Shown piece after piece: positions 48,251 through 61,339 of a stretch of 64,000 bases of DNA (position 1 is its first letter; each line of letters begins with the position of its first letter). The notes under the pieces were generated by a model. The model did no database searches and was not told the DNA's origin. It was given only the letters and a program-made list of their open reading frames with translations. A program made the position numbers and the translations under genes. The stretch lies in NCBI GenBank assembly GCA_030141605.1, contig JAQGDQ010000480.1:62001-126000 (forward strand), given 5' to 3'. The stretch comes from Tubiluchus corallicola. Taxonomy: Eukaryota; Animalia; Priapulida.

Positions 48251-49868
48251 ATGGGCGATCGGTATAATATACACAGCCAGTTAGAACACCTGCAATCAAA
48301 ATATATAGGAACCGGGCACGCAGATACCACCAAATGGGAGTGGCTGGTGAATCAACATAGGTTTGACTCTCACTTTGTGTGTTGAATGTACAGTAGTCCA
48401 CTGGCACTAGGCTCTATAATACTATAATAGTTGTATGTACGTGTTCAGTAAGCCAGTGGTGCTACAGTAATCTTAGTTATTTAGTAAGAGTTATCTCCTT
48501 TTTAACTAAAATAGTCACCGACAGAGCACTTGTCTTTGTAATTGACCGCAAACATATGATATATATATTATTGGTCTATCGCTTCGCCTTCGCTGTAACG
48601 TAAGCACACTCAGCAGCATTCGGGACAACAGGTCACCAGGACAACAACTGTCTAAGCTAAACTAAACCAAACAACATGACAGTCACAATTAATGTCTAAT
48701 CAGCAGATAAACCGATTACACTGTTTCAATTTTTTTTTTACAACAGCAGCTATTTTTACACGAAATTAACACTTCAAGTAGCCAATAAAATGACTTTTCA
48801 ATTTAAACAGAATGTAGAGACAACAATGTCTGTATGTGAACGTAATTGTGGTTTTCAAATTTCAACCACTTTGGAAGAAACAACTGATGTGGCAACTATG
48901 GGCAAAAAACTGAATTTAGATTTGGTCTAAAGATGAAGGTCGTAAGGTAGTAATTGGACCATGGCTCTACAATCCATGGTTGCATTTTTGTGGAGACAAG
49001 CAAGTCATTGTTGTGATAATTATCTTTATGAATTCATCTGAATGCATATTATTGTGTTAACCTGATGTCATACAGTTATTGATGTAATTGTGTGTTGTGT
49101 GGAAATAAATATATAATCTCTAATAAAATTTCTATGAGTGCTACGTAAATTACCTCTATACATCAAATTTATCTGCAAATTTTACGCTCTGTACATTTAC
49201 AAGTTCTTATTAAAGACTGATTTTAGCCAGAAAATGTAGTGCACTTGCACATGTAATTTAGTAGTTTAGGACTCTGTATATTTTTTGTTCTTGCTGGGAT
49301 GTGATAAAAGCTTTTAGCTTACCTTTTCTTTCATATTGGTTTTGTATGGCTGTTAGATACAATCATTACAAATATGCAGTAACAGAGCAACTAACTGGTG
49401 CACTTTTTGTGCCAAATATCGTAGTATGCATCAGTGCCAGGGGCATTTTTGTGTTTTTCAATCTACCTGAGCTACTCCAATCATATATCTGTTTAGGGTT
49501 AATATATAAGTTGTTTATGCACTGGTGTCTTTATTGTCCTAAGTAATCACGTGATTTACACCTGTTTTATTTTATAAATTTTGGTTTTAATCTTTGTGCA
49601 CAGCAAAATGAACCAGCAATTTGTGGTCTGTAGACATTTTTACTGTAGTTAAAACTTTATCAAAACATGCAAGGCTATTTTAGCAAGTATTTTCCATAAA
49701 AAGCTGATTTCCTTTTTCAGAGACAGCAATTCGAGTTATATGGGGCATTATGATCTCCTTAACTATTTTGCCATAGCGGAGAATGAAAGCAAGGCTCGGG
49801 TAAAATTCAACTTGATGGAAAAGATGTTGCAACCATGTGGACCACCCCCTGAAAAGCACGAAGATTAG
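48251..49868 (+). CDS. SF3B5: Splicing factor 3B subunit 5 (SF3b10), 85 aa, 2 coding exons; not in the ORF track
   Basis: Exon 48251-48360 MGDRYNIHSQLEHLQSKYIGTGHADTTKWEWLVNQH(R), phase-2 GT-AG intron, exon 49721-49868 DSNSSYMGHYDLLNYFAIAENESKARVKFNLMEKMLQPCGPPPEKHED*. Near-identical to known SF3B5 proteins. NRF1-like ACGCATGCGT and YY1-like AAATGGCG lie just upstream. Confidence 0.97.
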
Positions 49869-50260
49869 GTTTGTACTCTCATTAAGCACAGTCATGCCTC
49901 ATCTCTGTCCACATCTCTGGCAAAAAATGTCTATATTTTCACAGACATTGTTATAATGCAAATTCACTTAATGTCACCTTTTTTGCAGTCCAAAAGCAGG
50001 TGGTATAAAAAGAGGTTTGACTGTTCCGTCATTACTGAACTGACTGACAGAAGTTCTGAATATCGGAAATTTGTCTCAGTTTTTCTTCAGAAATGACTCA
50101 TATAATATAACCTAGTAATAATAACATGTAATCAGTCAGTAACTTATACCAGCTTTACAGACACTGTTTCTGCTTTTATTAAATAAATTTTGCCATTGAA
50201 AATGGTGCTATACCTGATCTTTTATAAGATTTTTTTAGGTAAAGTAAGATATTGGTGCTG

Positions 50261-50274
50261 GTTTCTATGGCAAC
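50261..50274 (+). promoter_or_regulatory. RFX X-box-like motif between SF3B5 and KTI12
   Basis: GTTTCTATGGCAAC fits GTHNYYATRRNAAC. Confidence 0.35.
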
Positions 50275-50674
50275 AGGCTGCAGGCAAAATTCCTTTGCAT
50301 AAAGTTTGTACCTAGGCACCTGGAGGCTTGTAAATTGCAAATAGATAGCGAAGCAACAATAAGAAGCGAAAACATAAATAATTGTACTGTTTAAGTTACC
50401 AGAGCACTTTGAGAACAAAATAATGTGATATGTACTGTTCAAATGTTTCAAATTAGATAAGAAAGTTGTTGATAAATTAAAAAATAGTTTTGAGCAAAAT
50501 AAAAAAATATTGCTAAAATGAAACGTTAGGTGAGAAAAAGGTGTCAGGTGTGTGGGATCGTTAAACAAGGACTTTATTTAAACAAGGCTGTATTTTCATA
50601 TAAATTGTTCTGTGTATTTACAAATCTTTTTGTTTTTCCAGGCACTTTCATTAGCTAAAAAACAATTTTAAGAC

Positions 50675-51496
50675 ATGCCACTTGTGATTATAACAGGTTT
50701 TCCTAGTAGTGGAAAATCATCTACTGCAAAAGTTCTCTGCGATTTTCTCAACCAAAACCATCCAGGCGTTCCTGTACATGTTGTCGACGAATGTCTGATA
50801 CCAGATAAAAATAGCTTGTATCTAGATTCAACAAAAGAAAAAGAACAAAGAAGTGCATTAAAATCTGATGTTAGTCGAAAACTTAACAGGACTGGTGTCG
50901 TCATTTTGGATTCATTGAATTACATAAAGGGTTATCGTTACGAACTGTACTGTGTTGCTAAAGCAGCTCAGACACCACACTGTGTCGTACACTGCGACAT
51001 TACTGAGAAAAGCGCTTTGAAGTGGAACTTCGACCGCCCGCCTTCAGACCAATACACTCCCGAGGTAATTGAAGGCCTCGTCAAGCGATACGAAGCACCA
51101 GATTCTCGGAATCGGTGGGATGCACCATTGTTTACAGTTCTTGACGATGGATGTGTTCCCTGCGAAGACATTTACAATGCAATTTTCCATCGCAAAGCTC
51201 CGCCACCAAACATGTCAACACAATCACCGCTGCTGACTTCCACAAATTTTGTTTACGAGTTGGATAAAGCAACTCAACAGGTCATATCAGCCCTCATGGA
51301 AGCCCAGAAAACATTTATTCCGGGAGATAAAGTTCTCGTACCAGATAGCGATGAAAAAGTGGAATTGGCAAGGAAAGTAACTTTGGCAGAACTACGCCGT
51401 GTAAAGCGACAGTTCATTTCATACACGAAGACTCATCCCATCGATGCAAATAGAATCGCATCGGCATTTGTACAGTTTCTGAACAACACATTGTGA
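50675..51496 (+). CDS. KTI12: KTI12 (Elongator-associated PSTK-like ATPase), 273 aa, intronless CDS
   Basis: MPLVIITGFPSSGKS P-loop, LDSLNYIKGYRYELYC, RYEAPDSRNRWDAPLF, LAELRRVKRQFISY, FVQFLN. Splice acceptor TTTTTCCAG at 50641, 33 nt before the ATG. Confidence 0.96.
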   Translation: MPLVIITGFPSSGKSSTAKVLCDFLNQNHPGVPVHVVDECLIPDKNSLYLDSTKEKEQRSALKSDVSRKLNRTGVVILDSLNYIKGYRYELYCVAKAAQTPHCVVHCDITEKSALKWNFDRPPSDQYTPEVIEGLVKRYEAPDSRNRWDAPLFTVLDDGCVPCEDIYNAIFHRKAPPPNMSTQSPLLTSTNFVYELDKATQQVISALMEAQKTFIPGDKVLVPDSDEKVELARKVTLAELRRVKRQFISYTKTHPIDANRIASAFVQFLNNTL

Positions 51497-51804
51497 TTTC
51501 TCGTGAAAAATATTTCCCGTGTCTAGACCTTTCGATAGTTTGGATAAAAATTTGTCAGATTGGTTATGATATGTATCTTTCATGTCTCTGTTTGAGTGTG
51601 TAAATTCAGTACTTCTGCTCAAGTACACGTTGTATTGTTTTTTCTACATTATTTTATGCATAGAATCTTCTGCACAAAATAACTTTCCCCATTTTTAATT
51701 TAGTAGATAATGAAATGAAACGTGATGTACTTTCATCGTCAGATATGCAGATCACATGACTATATATATTGATAAAATTATTTTATAAATTTAAAATTAA
51801 AATT

Positions 51805-51999
51805 CAGTCAAATCTCGTTATCACGCCATCCCCCCCCCCCAATAAATTCACTTCACTTAACATCCAATTTTTATCAAAACAAAATAAGTATTTGTATAGG
51901 TATGTGTACGTGTATTAATGCACTTCGTTATAATGCCAAACTAACTGTAACGCCACGTTTTTGCAGTCCCAAGGTAGGAGGTACAAAGAAGTTTGACTA
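51805..51999. mobile_element. Short pogo-type MITE; related fragment at about 49950-50024
   Basis: CAGTCAAATCTCGTTAT..AAGTTTGACTA termini with TTGCAGTCCC subterminal motif. Confidence 0.6.
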
Positions 52000-53326
52000 T
52001 ACAACAAATAATATCAATGTATACAGTTAAACAGTTAAAAAGCTAAATGTCAAAGTTTTGCTCAAGAACGCTGCTACATTTTGCTTGCATTCATATTTAC
52101 ACCTGTAAACCTGAATTTATTCAATTTGTTTGTTTGTCTTCATATGTTGCCAGACAGAGAATATTATACACTAAGTTGAATTTAGCTGATATTAAAATGT
52201 CGCATTGCAGTGTAATAGCAACATACTTTCAAAAGAAAAAACAACTTTCATTTTCATTCTATTAAGTTTACATATATATTAAGTTGCGTCAACCTTACAA
52301 ATTGATTATACATGACAAAAAATATCCAAGGTAAATAGAATTCAATGTGCGAGGCAAATGCACTGTTACTATTGCAGGAAATGTTTGATTTTACTTTTAT
52401 AATATTTACCCATTTAAGGGTACCCTGGCCCTCATTTTTTTCAACTAAACTAGTTACCAGGCCCTTATTCAAAAGTGCTTAATCAAGCAGAGGCGCTTAC
52501 TCCTTAAATCCCTTCACTCCTTATGCGCACCGGAGAGCGTAGCAGTATCCATGCATGCAGGAGCAAATTTGGAGCTACATCATTCACTTGATACCAGGGG
52601 TGCCCAATTAAGAAATCCCAAGGGCCACAGTAAGAATAGCCCAAGCTGCTGATGCCACCAGCCAAAGTGCAGAGGCTATACCTTCATTCCTACAACTGAA
52701 GAGTTATGTTTTATGAATACCCAAAATAGGTATTTTAGGCAAATTTCTGTGGGCTTTAAAATAGCAAATGTTTCTTGCCTTTAATGAGAAAATCATTGTA
52801 GGTACAGCAGAGTAAAAAGCAGACTATTGATACGGATAACTGAAATGCCTTATTTTCAAAATAAACTTCTCTTGTACAGCACAACGAGTATCATATAAGA
52901 GTGGACCATCTCAAATTTTCGGGCTGCTAACTGAGCACCACTGGTATACACAGTGTTACAAGCAAGTATATTATGGCATTTATTAAATCTGATTTGATTT
53001 TATTAAATCTGAGTTAATTTGATTGCAGAATGAATAAGCTTTACAGTAAAGCCTTGTACAAGAGTTGCGACTAATGCATTTTTCGATACGTTGATCTACA
53101 CCAGGGGGGTTATTTAAACATGAAGCTTACTATCTTTTCAGTCTATTTCCCTGTGCGCTTATTCACATGGGCCTTTAATTAAGCACGGATGCTAAAATGA
53201 GTAAAATGATTATTTTCAAGCAATGTCTTTTGGAAAAATATTCACAGAGCTTCTATTACTATACAGTCTAAACCATGAATACACAAACCGACGTATAATT
53301 TTATTTACATTTAAAATTATTGTGTA

Positions 53327-56300
53327 CTACCCATCAGAACTTAGCAATTGCTTTAATTTGTCTATAAAACCATCAAGTTTTTCCATAGGAACAACAACTA
53401 CGGTGCGATATGCACGATACTCTGCATCATCTTCTGTCCACTTTCCACCAACCGCAGTGGCCGTGTCACTGTCCTTGCCGACGGGAAATGTAAAATTAAA
53501 CCTTGATTCCTGTAATGAAATATTGACATGATTAAGTGAGTCTTGCTAAATAATATCAAAGGAAAGCAGTAGCGAATTTTCCTTAAAGTAAACCAGTGAC
53601 ATTTTGGGTGAACCAAATTGTTTTTTAGTGCACACTGGGATACCAGGGACATGTTACTAGTTAGTGGGAACATTTTAAATTACTAATTTCCAGTTGCATT
53701 TGTCTTTCAAACATGTGCGCTATATGCTAAAGTAATGTAACTACGCATGGAAAGTTTTTTGAGACGTACTTTAAAATTCTCTTGTCTTCCCTTTTAACGA
53801 AAGTTAACTATATGACACAAATTTCTTGCAAAATCATCACCTAGCATTCCACATCTGGAACATTTGTCTTCTGGCTGTCTTCTAGCATGCACTTCTAGCT
53901 GGCAAAACTTTACTACCTGATCTTACTGTTTATAATCGTGAAATATATTCGTTTGCCAAACTCGCGTTAGTGAGTTTTCCAGTTGTAAGACAAACTGCTT
54001 CATTCAAATTGATATCAGCCACACAAGTAAGAGGGTAACGCAAACAATTCTGCAGACCTCTAAAATTTGTATTCTGATAGCTAAAATATTATTAGTATTA
54101 GTACATTGTTCACTTGTTGTCCTGTGACTCTACAAGAGGTATTATCCTGAGTGCAAAAACAAATAGCTTTAATTGCTCCTCTTGCTTTGCTGGAAATATC
54201 TCAGAATCAAGGTGATCGTGTTGCCATGGTGATGAAATAAATCAAACAAATTACAAACCTTTACAAGCTCTTCTTCCTCGGGATTTGAGAAAATGCATGA
54301 CATTTCCTGATTTCTTCGTTTTTTCGTCTTGTCGATCGCTCTGTAAGACTTCACGATCGTTAACAGATCGTCAAATTTATATTTCATACCTTTCTTGCCC
54401 GCTTTGTCCATATCTTCCCTGCAAACGTAATTTTTATAAAATATAATAACAGCAGTGGAGCAACAAGAATGTCTGACTTTTAACTGGATCCTGCAATTAA
54501 CGTCAAGTGATTTCTGGTAAATTTAATCAACCATAAACTGGTAGTGTACTACTAACTGTATTTTTTTTGGAACAACGTGTTTTTTATTTTTTGCACATAA
54601 AATATTCTCTTATCTGATTCGTTTAAATCCATTAGCTAGCCAACCACTAGAAAGCTCATACATTCTTTTATAAATTTACTGCAAATTTACTAAAAATGCA
54701 AATCTTTGCTGCAATTACATGATGATGGAAAAAAATAACATTGCATTAACATTTTTATGTGATGGTTTGTCCCAAATTTAGTAAAAGAAACACAGCGACA
54801 GCTGAAAGTGGAGCAACAGACCAAAATACTTGGCATCAATTGAGTCTTCGCATGTGCATTCTGTGTTATACAAGTACAATTAGCAAGCAAAATAAAACAA
54901 TACTTGGCTGCATAAATGTCAAAGTCTGAAAATCTAGCGGTATTTGTAAAAAAAATGTGACAAAGACACTCTCTGACATTTACTCAGCTAAAATATTCAC
55001 AATAAAGTATTCAGGACGTTTCGACTCCCCTTGAGTCTTTTTATCTACAACGGACAAAAGTGAAAAATACTTTAATTCTTGAAAATTAAAAATTTCAAAA
55101 AACTATATCATTAAAAAGCAAGTTATATATGTAAAATATATTTATACATTTAACATCATAGTGTCCATTAAAATTATTGAATTTAAGCTACATAACATTG
55201 CAACATAAAACATTTTGAGGTATGACACTTTTTTGCACTGTTTGAGAGGCATAATCCTCCAGTCAATGGTAACGTTAATGCAACGTAGATGATTGTAGCA
55301 GGATCAGAACCTATTTACAATCAAAGATAATTTTCTACAATGAAACACTGAACTAGTCTTAGCCGTATTTTGATGTTTATATGCTTTCAAGAAGGTAATT
55401 AGCGTCAGGCAAAATGGTACATATGAAACCACTTAAAAGTAATTTTCCCACCACCCACCTAGTTACTGACAAGGATTAGTCTTGCTTAACTAAGGTCGCT
55501 ATTCACTAGACACACATGTAGTGATTCAAATATTAAAAATGCTCCTAGTAGCAGTAGTACAAGAGCACCCTAGTGGCAGACTCGGTAGTTAAGACTCAGT
55601 GCAAGAATAGACTGCACCAAGTGCATTGTCATAGATACATCCATTTTTGTTACTTTTGCTATAAGGTTTAGTACAAAAAAAAAACAACTTACATAAGGCT
55701 ACTGTACATAGGGACTGCAATTTGAGCAGGAATATTGACAAATCGCTCAGAAATGAGTAATCCCAGTTGTCTGCTGGCATCTTGTAAAATTCTAGCAAAT
55801 TCGTCTAGTTGTAATCTTTGATGTTGTTTACACTGGTCTAATAGCCATTGCTTTACCTCATACAAACACTCTTCCTAGATGATAATAAAATAAGACACAC
55901 TGAAAGATCCAGGTTAAGAACTAGATTTACCTAAATTAGTTACAACTTAGAATAACTAGTTAGTTAGAATCTCAAATACTATTAGTTAATGATAGAATGA
56001 ATACAAAATTATAGAATAATACGGTTTGCGTAAGTATTTTGCAGAAGCGCGGCAAAAAACAATGGCTAAGTTCAATAGCGATTTGCTCAAGGTTACGTAT
56101 GTCAGTGCGTAGCGTGCACCTCAACTTCAATGTGGATTATCTCAGTTTAGAAATAACATAGAGCGATGAGCTTGGTATCAAAATGATCCTCATGAAATGT
56201 AGATTCAGGATGCGTGAATAACTAGAAAAGCCTAACTGCCGACTTATGGACGATTTTGCTATGCAAACGCACATATTATATTGTCATAGCATAAAGTTCA

Positions 56301-59094
56301 AACAAAGTTATAGTTAATTAATACACAAATACTTTACATTATAACATAGGGTTGTAGAATATCATATAAAAAGTTTATTTTATGTTTGGAGTTCTTATCT
56401 GTTTTCTAATTAGATTGCTGAATATTAAATACTGGTCGGGCAGCTTTTTTTATTGCACTGACCTAAAAACAAGTGGAGAAAAATGCACAACAGCAAGAGC
56501 CTACCAACCTGCAATTTTAACACAACAATCTCAATTATTCAAATATGTATGAAAGTATGTGTTAAACAGTGCTTAAATACCTTCTTTTCTGTCATATTGA
56601 TGACAGACATTACACCAAACACGTTGTCACTGTCATCATCATCATCTTCCATGTCGCTGTCAGCTCCAGTGGAATTTTCAGCTTGCTAAGAGGAACAAAA
56701 ATTCAGTCACATAAATTTCTCACTAAGAGAATACTTGTACTTCACAATTCGGTTCGCTTTTGTTTAAACAAATATTTTTTGTGAATTATTATTCAGCAGT
56801 TTCACAGATGCCGCTCTCTTTTCGTAATACCAGGAAATAGGCTCAAATACTGCTAAACCGAAATAATAGTAAACCGAATCAACATTTTTATTAAATAATG
56901 TTACACTCTAACTTCAAGTCCACTTTTTTCCTCAGACTCAGTACTTTAGTTATTTGTTTGTTTGAATGTTTGATCCTTGACATAAACTGTCTTTCCCATA
57001 TTTGGATGTACATGGGCCTAAACAATGTAGGCCCTGCATTGTTTAACTTTCGGTTGCTAACCAGACATCATAATCACTTAGCAATTTTCCTTACCGTAGC
57101 TAGATCTTACTCTCAAAAATGTCTATAAGATGTAATAATTATACTTTCGGGACACAATACTAATCTAAAAATTTTCAACAATCCATCTTGTGAAATTTTC
57201 ATCTCAGAAGAAATTAACTATATTGGAAATGAAACATGATCACGGTAAACAATAAATGACATTTTCGTACCTTTATCACACAGCCAACATAATTCTGACT
57301 CAGGATTAAATTTGCTAATGCTGATGTGTTGATGTGAGCCTTCTGAAATAGCTGACAAAATTTAAATTCATAAAACATTATGAAAAGCTGCTAAAACATG
57401 GTAAGAACAAGCATGCAAAATAACATCAGCAAGCAATTTTAATTTTAATTACAAAAAACAATGTCAACTAAATCACCAAAGCAGCGATTGACTCCAGCCT
57501 AAGTGCTGAGCAGCTTGCTGCTTTACCAACTAGCGACTATTCACGGCATAGATCCGCCACTATAGTCAGGGCTGGATCATGATGAAGAGAGGTCCTAGCC
57601 TACTCAACTCATGAAACCACAACCCAACACTCAGATGGGGTGTGCTCACCCCTACTCTCAAGAATGAGAGAAAGATAGAAGTACTTTTTAAACAAAATTG
57701 AGTGATGCAAAGGGTAAAGAAAGGTGTAAAAATAAAATAAAGCTAATCACAATTCTACCTCTAAAGGATGCAAGATGATATTGCTATATGCTGTAGTGAA
57801 TGCAAAACCGCGTAATTGTTAAAAATGAACAGTAAAAAACTTTCTGCAATAACACACTTTGTATAGCAATTGCAGCCTCGACCAAAATCCATTTTTCCAT
57901 AGAAAATAACACTTTTCATCTTTACCTGCTGAAGCAGACATTTGATGCCATGAAAATCTGAATCATCTGGCACTCTGGCTTCAAAATCAACACAGACTTC
58001 CTGAAATGGTGCAAAACAAATTGTGTTATTATATTGGATAACAGTTGGAACAAATTAACTAAATATGTACAATAGATGCTACTACGTTAATTGTGCTTGG
58101 ATTCTTCAACAAATCCTGATTACCACAAGACAATGGAGAAAAATACTTTACTCCAAAATCTAAATAATCATGTAACCAAAGGTCACTGGCTCGAGTTTTT
58201 TAAAGTGTGTGCTCGTACAGATATAAAAAACATTTTCCTTAAACATAGAGTAATATCATCATGGAACAACATTAATGAGTGTTACTAGTGATAATGACAT
58301 GGATATCTAAAGAATGCTTGAAGCTGAGTCAGGAACACTTTCAAGCCTGATGAACAAGTAATCAAGCATATGCTTACAGCTAATGTTTTTCGTCTTGAAA
58401 TTTTATATTGATCGTGTGCATGCTATCTTATTGCATACAGTCTGATGCGAAGTCTATGAAACTTGTAAACTTGTCAAGACCATTAGGTACAGCCATTTTT
58501 GACAGTAAGTCATTTAACAAGTTTAGATAACATTGTGTAAAGTGTGTAAAAATAATAAGCTAGAGCATTCAAATCATTGAAACATTCCTCGCAAACTAAG
58601 AAAAAGTTTAAATTACTTTATATTGTCAATAAGATCTTTAGTGTGTTTTTGATAAGCTTCAATTATTGTGAAATTGCTACATTTAAATATTTTAGTGTTT
58701 AAACAATTGTATTCATATTTTATGTAGAGCTAAATAAAGTAATCGTTAATCGTGATACAGTAACATTTTGCTAGATGACCAGAACATTTTTTTCGAATTA
58801 CATAAGTCTTTCAAACACGTAAGCACAATGCTAAGCAATATAGCTTTTTATGGAGTTTCTTGATACCGATACTGTACTTTAAAATTCTGTTTTCTTCCCC
58901 TTTATTAGCTTTAATGATTCTCACCGATTTATATTAAAGTCTTAGCTTATCTCGCAATTTATTACCTGTCCAACTGCTTCGTCTTCACTTGTTCCCATTG
59001 TATCACTGCTGCCTGACTCATTTTCATTATCATCTATAGTTTCACGATTAGACTCTTTCTCGCCAAAAACACGCTTCTTTAAGGAAGCAGACAT
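53327..59094 (-). CDS. BCCIP: BRCA2/CDKN1A-interacting protein (BCCIP/Bcp1), about 304 aa, 7 coding exons
   Basis: Exons 58966-59094, 57926-58000, 57271-57351, 56581-56685, 55693-55874, 54259-54418, 53327-53509 join in phase (915 nt). Motifs VDFEA..DFHGIKCLLQQLF, QNYVGCVIK, VFGVMSVIN, GLLISERFVNIPAQIAVPMY, FSNPEEE, VGGKW..YRTV. Confidence 0.94.
58440..58903 (-). mobile_element. Interspersed repeat family B, copy 3 (BCCIP intron 1)
   Basis: GACCATTAGGTACAGCCATTTT..CAAGTTTAGATAACATTG..TTTTCTTCCCCTTTA matches the copy at 14339-14746. Confidence 0.6.
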
Positions 59095-61339
59095 CTTGCA
59101 ACCGTTTATTTAGATTTCCTGTAGAGGGCAGCATGTGCGTGGAGTGTTTTTATTTTGTACTTTCGTTTTTTCTGACTTTTTCGGCCCTGTTGCAAGAGTT
59201 CCAAACTGATTTTGTCGGGCGGAAGTTATTGCATTGACATTTTTTAATCTTAAGTTTATGCGGTTATAGTGGAGAGACTAGCAAATCATATGTGGAATCT
59301 TAAATGCTTTGGGCATTATGTTTTAATTTGCTGGTGTGTTGACTATTTATTGCATTAGTTGTATATAATAATAATATAATTAAATTATCAGTTTATTATT
59401 CATTACAGAATGCAGACTGCAGTATAATGTATTATCTATTAAATTTATCGTAGCATTAATTACAGTTGAATACCACATTGAAACGAGAAGTGCATCTAAT
59501 AAAGTTCTATGCACAATCAGTGCTCATCACAACTAGATTGATGACAAGCCATGACATCATATTCCTTCAACTGATAGATGATTGCAGGTGAACTTGGTAA
59601 GGTTACTGAAGTAATAAATTAATAACTCAGTTCCATATAAAATATCCCTGACATGGGGCTATACTGATGTTTTGCATAAATGTGAGGTGATAATATTTCA
59701 CTGTTGCACAATTATAAGTATATTTTCATAAGTATACCCTCTGTAAACCCACATTGAAATTTTCCAGCTTGAGCGCTAATGTTGCACGTTATGACCAATA
59801 TTGTAACAGTGTTTGAAACTGTATGCAGGCAGACTCAAGTCTATTGTAAGATTGTGCAGTAAAATTCTTCAGTGCGTAATTGAAAGCTGAAACTTTTTGC
59901 AGGTAAATCTACAACGTCATTCACTGAGTTGTTATCATTTGCTAGCTTATAGGGTCTAAAACATTGCAGATCCCATCTCTTGATGCCATACTGCTAGGCA
60001 CTCCTATCTTCCATTACTGGTCGCAATGCACCATCCCTCAAATCTAGAGTTGTTTTCAAAAGCTATTTTTGGAGTATGTCCAGAATAATTGGACAGTACG
60101 TTTTTGTGATTTCAAAAGCTTTGCTTAATGCTATAGAATGAGGAGATTCCCTTGGCTGTCTTAGTACATGCCCAATCCAGTGCAGTCTTCTTGGATTTGT
60201 TTACTCCAAGGATTCTTCTTCACCACATAACTATAAACTATGAATTTTTTATCACACATCAAAAAATACAATATCAAACACATCAATAAATTTAAAATGA
60301 AATAAATTGAATAGTACGAGGTGAGTGTACGACCATACGGTCATTAACACACTCACCTTACTTAAATGAAAAAATGATTATAATTATGCATGCTTCTGTA
60401 GATAACTTAATAATGTAAATAAGGATGAAGTAAATGATGCAATAATAGCAATGGTATAAGAACAATAAACCTGAAAGTTGAGAAAGGAAAACATAATATC
60501 TAATTACAACCTTGGGTGAGCCTTGTGAAAAAATTTTTAAATAGTCACGAATTTGAATTATCTGATTATCTGTCAATGCACTACTTACTTGAATTACAAT
60601 ACACCATATTACTTACTTGTTTATGCAATTATATATATATACACATATATGTACCCAAATTTAAGTGGGGGAGAAGAGATTAAATTATATATTATACTTG
60701 TAGTAATAACTATAATTGTATAGAACATTTAAATATAATTGATGGTAGTAATGTAGCCATCATAACCATTAAAGGTGTGCTGTGGGGAGGGGGGCAAATT
60801 ATAAGAATATAAGTGATTCATTAGCAACATTAATGCTACAATAATACATTCAAAAGTTTTTGTATCATGAGGAAAATAATGTTGATTATATGTGGGCGAG
60901 GAGAGGTTATATCATGAGTCTTTATAACCAAATTATTTTATAAATATAGCTATAAGGAACAACCGCAATACCATAATATGCATATAATATTATGTGTAAA
61001 GAAAGGAGAGGGGTATTCATTGGCAAAGTATGATTCTTAATCGAAATTAAAACTAAAATAATATATTTGATTATACTATATGAATGATAATGATACTTTT
61101 CTCACATAAATTAATTGGTCAACTAATCAAGCAAATACTCTGCTGGTTATAAGCTAAGAGCATTCAAGGCTTATTTTCTAAGTGGAAACAAATACAGATA
61201 TAGGCTTTGAAGAATGAATAATTTCATTTTAATTGATTTATACCTTTTATTAATGAAGTAACAAAAGTCTTAAAGATATCTATTAGTAAAAGAAAAGCAA
61301 TAGTGCAAAAAGACACACGTGCACAAAAAAGGAAAAAAA

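Noticed and set aside
59170-60360. Divergent gene starting at the BCCIP promoter (acceptor near 59408, donor GTAAGG near 59597)
   Set aside because: Only short closed ORFs; may be a 5' UTR but no product can be supported.
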